DNA from: Macrostomum hystrix
Taxonomy: Eukaryota; Animalia; Platyhelminthes
Length of the DNA: 64,000 bases
Direction: 5' to 3'
NCBI GenBank assembly: GCA_950097015.1
Contig: CATNEN010000011.1
Coordinates: forward strand, 2,294,001-2,358,000
The position numbers were made by a program, and so were the translations under genes. Below the pieces are notes generated by a model. It saw nothing but the letters and a program-made list of their open reading frames with translations, did no database searches and was not told the origin of the DNA. Shown piece by piece: positions 60,440 to 64,000 of this stretch (position 1 is the first letter of the stretch; each line of letters starts with the position of its first letter).

Positions 60440-62939
60440 AGAACTTTGTGCCTAGTTGTCTTTAATTCAAGTTCAATTGAAAGCTAGAAGGTTCAACAAA
60501 GGCTGAAATAAACATGCAAAATTAAGTTTAACTAATGGCAGCAGATAGGTTTTCGAGGCAGCAGATAGTATATTTAGCTATAATAAAGGATTAATACTAA
60601 ATGGCTGCATCTGTCCTATTGTCTTTTTCTAAGAGATAAAAACTGATTAGGATTTGCATGAATAAATTTATTTATCTAGTGTCAAATTATTGAATTAATC
60701 ACTAATACAAAAAAAAATTCTAAATATATAGCTTATTGAAATTTATAGAAAACCTAGCTCTTAGCTAGTCATCATCATACATGCGCAACCTCCCAAATCT
60801 TAGCCAGCTGTGCTACGTAGTTTTTGCTCTATTTACAACTTAGTTCGTTTCATTGATTAATTTACGACTTAGTTTGCTCTTATTTGCTCTCTTTTTCTCT
60901 CCCTCTTTTCTGTTTCTTCACGCCTCCTTTTTTGTCCCTTGGTCCCCCCCTTTGATTTTTTGCACTTGGTCAATTGGTTTCTGCGACTTACCTTGCTTGG
61001 CCCTCGTTTCACCTGGCCGGTTTGGCCGGGTGTCACGCATATATGGTCATCATTCACAACAAAGGTTACATTCAAATTATCTAAATGTTCATTATTAAAA
61101 AATAGGTAAACAAAACTATATGCTATAGGAGTCTTGACCTTATTTAAATATAGGGCCTAAGCATAGTAGGATAGGCAAATGTTGTTGGATAGTCACATAA
61201 CTAGTTGCGTCAAACCAAGTATGATTTATAATAAACAATAGAGTTAGCTATTAGCAAATTAAAAAAATTGAAATTGAAATTATAAAGACTTAGTTATCAA
61301 TCATAAAGACTTAGTTATCAATCATAAAGAACATATAGCTAGGCTACAAACAGTTGTTTGGTTTCTTAGAGTTCTTACCATTTTTTCTCTTTAAATATAT
61401 TGACTGACTACCAATGCAATTGTCTTTACAGTGCAGTGTCAGGTGAGCTCCTGAATGGCGTTTTCTTGCCATTAACTTGCTGTCCAAGAAAAAGAAAGAT
61501 TTGCTAGGGTCCTACACTGGAGCCAGAAACAGAGGATTGATTAGAAATGTCTTATAAGTAGGCCCACTGAAAAAAGAAACAGACACATGCATAACAAACA
61601 TATTCTTACAATACAAATAAAAGTCTTACAACCATTATGACATTGTCTATAAATAAACTTTTTGAGCATTATCAATTGAGTGTTGTTACAGTACTCAGCA
61701 AATAAGCTATTTTTTACTTTAAATTATAATTAATTAGTGTGCTTATTAGTCAACATTAAATAGTAAGTAATTAGTCATTAATATTAGATAGGACCTATAC
61801 TATTGGTCAATTATTAGTCATTAGTACAATGCACTAGTCTTCAAGAGTAGTAGGACCAGCGGTGATCAGCGCGCGGTATCATACATGCAGAATCATACTA
61901 ATAGCATTAAATATAAATGTAAAATATATTATAGGCCTAAAGCAGCAGCGGTAGCGCGACCAAGACCGCCACAGCTCTGACTGGCGCCAAGGATAGGGGG
62001 ATGTCGCCACGTTTCCTCATTCTTAATTGGCCATTTTTGGGGTGGGTGGGGTATCCACTCTTCCGTACAGAGGGGTGGACGAAGGATTTGCGACGATTTC
62101 GGAATAAGGTAGTTACTAGGGCCTAGTTATTCATTCATAATTTATTCATATTCATTCATGAATAATAAATATTCGCCAGCTTTTATTATCATATTTCTGA
62201 ACATTTTGTAATGTAGACAATAACGAGCTTCATCGGCAGCAATTTGTTTTTTAAAGTCCGGAAAGACTAAAGATAAATCTGTTAAAAACAGCTGTACATT
62301 TTTCATTCAACTTGATTACAAATTAATTTCTGCGCATTTTTAATTATAAAACAAAATAATTATTGCATTATTGTATAACACTTGTTTTATTTTATGACGT
62401 TGCCATAACGCAAAGCATGACCACGATTTCCATTTTGGTTAATAAACTGATCATAAACTAACAAATAAACTAACATCGTTACACTCGTCTCCCTTCCGAA
62501 GCTTTGGAACTACCGAAAGTAACATGATAGGTAAAGCGCATAAGAAATACTTTGCTTACAATTTTTAGAATTACGGAGATTCGAGTTGTACTTATTTTTA
62601 ACTAGGAAAAATTACAAAAATGCAGCATTTTAAAAAACCATCGTAGAGACCTAAACTGGACAATAATTGAAGTTATTACGAAACAGACAGCAGTGGCAAA
62701 ATGCAAAAAGCACTTAGCAAAAGACAAAAAATAGTTGGCGTAGAACACAAAAGCTGACAAAAAAAGACTAAAAATATATAGGCAAAACCGTTACCAGCAT
62801 TTCAAAAAATAAGTAAAAATCCTTTTAGGCTAATGAGGAAAACTAAAGCAAAAAGCAAAAACTTATTTAGCAAATTTTTGCAAAAAATCGAGTTCTTTTT
62901 TAGCATAAAGTTACGATTCCAACGTTCCAAAGAAAACTG

Positions 62940-63175
62940 ACATTGCAACGAGGCAGAACTGGCAACGACGCGGCTCGAAGTCCATGGCGACGTAACAGAA
63001 TCCTTGGTGGCGTTGACTGCAGCACCAGCTTGTCGCACATCTTTGGATTAATTAGCGAGGCATTGGGTCCGGGATCTAAGAGGGCGATGATCTGCGTTTC
63101 GCCTACTTCTACTTGGACATAAAATTCCGTCTTATAGCTGTTGGGCAGGTCGGAAGTAACTTCGGCGCACTTTGG
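62940..63175 (-). mobile_element. LTR-retrotransposon aspartic protease fragment
   Basis: Minus frame not in the ORF track: TEFYVQVEVGETQIIALLDPGPNASLINPKMCDKL matches the YV.V.+....+.AL+D(S/T)G...SLI retropepsin pattern with a degenerate DPG. Confidence 0.65.
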
Positions 63176-64000
63176 GCCTGGTGAAACTTATACTTTTACA
63201 TCAATAGCTCAGTCTCTAGATTTTCCGGCGTCAACGACACGCCCGAAGGTCACGCTGGTGCCCACTAGCGGATGGCTCAAAGCCGAATCCATGAGAGGTT
63301 GGGCTAGCTGCATGGGACAGGTGCACAAAAACAGAATCACCTATCTGAGACGATTAGATGTACCCATAGGAATGCTTCCAGAGGGTCACAACACGTACCG
63401 CGCTCCCTTGGCGGGCTACTTTGCCTCCCTCTCTCTATTTCCCTCCCCTATCTCCCTCTCAACTCATTAGTTGTAACCTATGTCACCCAGCGATCTCTCT
63501 ATATCATTGTACTTTTTGTACTGCATGCATGACAGGTTGTATTGATTTAGTGTTCTGATCATGACCTTGTGTATGCAGTATCCAAGGGTCTCTTTGCAGT
63601 TTTTATTTTTAGAAACTGTAATCCATAGCATAAATCTTTTTATACAATGACGTATTTTTAGTATCTAGTCCACGTATAAACACCACAACTGACTTTTTTG
63701 GTGGCAAAAGCTGTTAAGCGAATCGCAACGCCAATTAATTACTGCTCTGTGACTGGCGGCACGATCGAACAGCGATAAATATTTTTAAGGATTGTCAAGG
63801 AGAATAATTTAAAAGGCAAACAGCAAAAAATGCAAATAATGGATTTGTAAAATAAAACTCATTCTCTTCTCCTTTGTCTTGACTCTTTAGGCCCCAATTT
63901 CTATCCTTCTATGACGTGTCTCATGTGCATGTACATTACCTCATAACTTAATATGATCTCGTCTCTGTCTCTCTCCATCCATCTCTCATCTCCCCCAGTC

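Overview
Eukaryotic (animal) genomic DNA: GT-AG introns, AT-rich intergenic sequence, GC-richer exons and very many mini/microsatellites. A free-living flatworm such as Macrostomum is plausible, but that is inference only. I reconstructed four host genes by hand. (1) The last two exons of a TMEM184/OSTalpha-family gene (+, 12943-19152). (2) An intronless rhodopsin-type peptide GPCR (+, 22168-23391). (3) A 4-exon GPI-type NCAM/Fasciclin-II gene with 5 Ig + 2 FN3 domains, about 861 aa (-, 54226-44123). (4) A GT32 DXD glycosyltransferase of the MIPC-synthase/SUR1 type with 4 coding exons, 375 aa (-, 60439-56853). The most striking accessory structure is at 122-9395, a decayed Polinton/Maverick (adintovirus-like) element bounded by AGTAGT...ACTACT. 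It is a patchwork of short remnants of integrase, adenain protease, packaging ATPase, PLA2, major capsid and penton genes. Both arms carry the same penton-side end, and the satellite outside the termini is also inverted. A mariner deletion derivative splits the capsid gene cleanly at a TA. Elsewhere there are three tRNA-derived SINE families (one CORE-like), two MITE-like elements, LINE-RT and LTR-protease fragments, nested higher-order tandem repeats, and large minisatellites that start next to splice donors. Nearly all long ORFs in the supplied track are artefacts of these repeats. All protein family calls come from motif recognition by eye, not from database searches.
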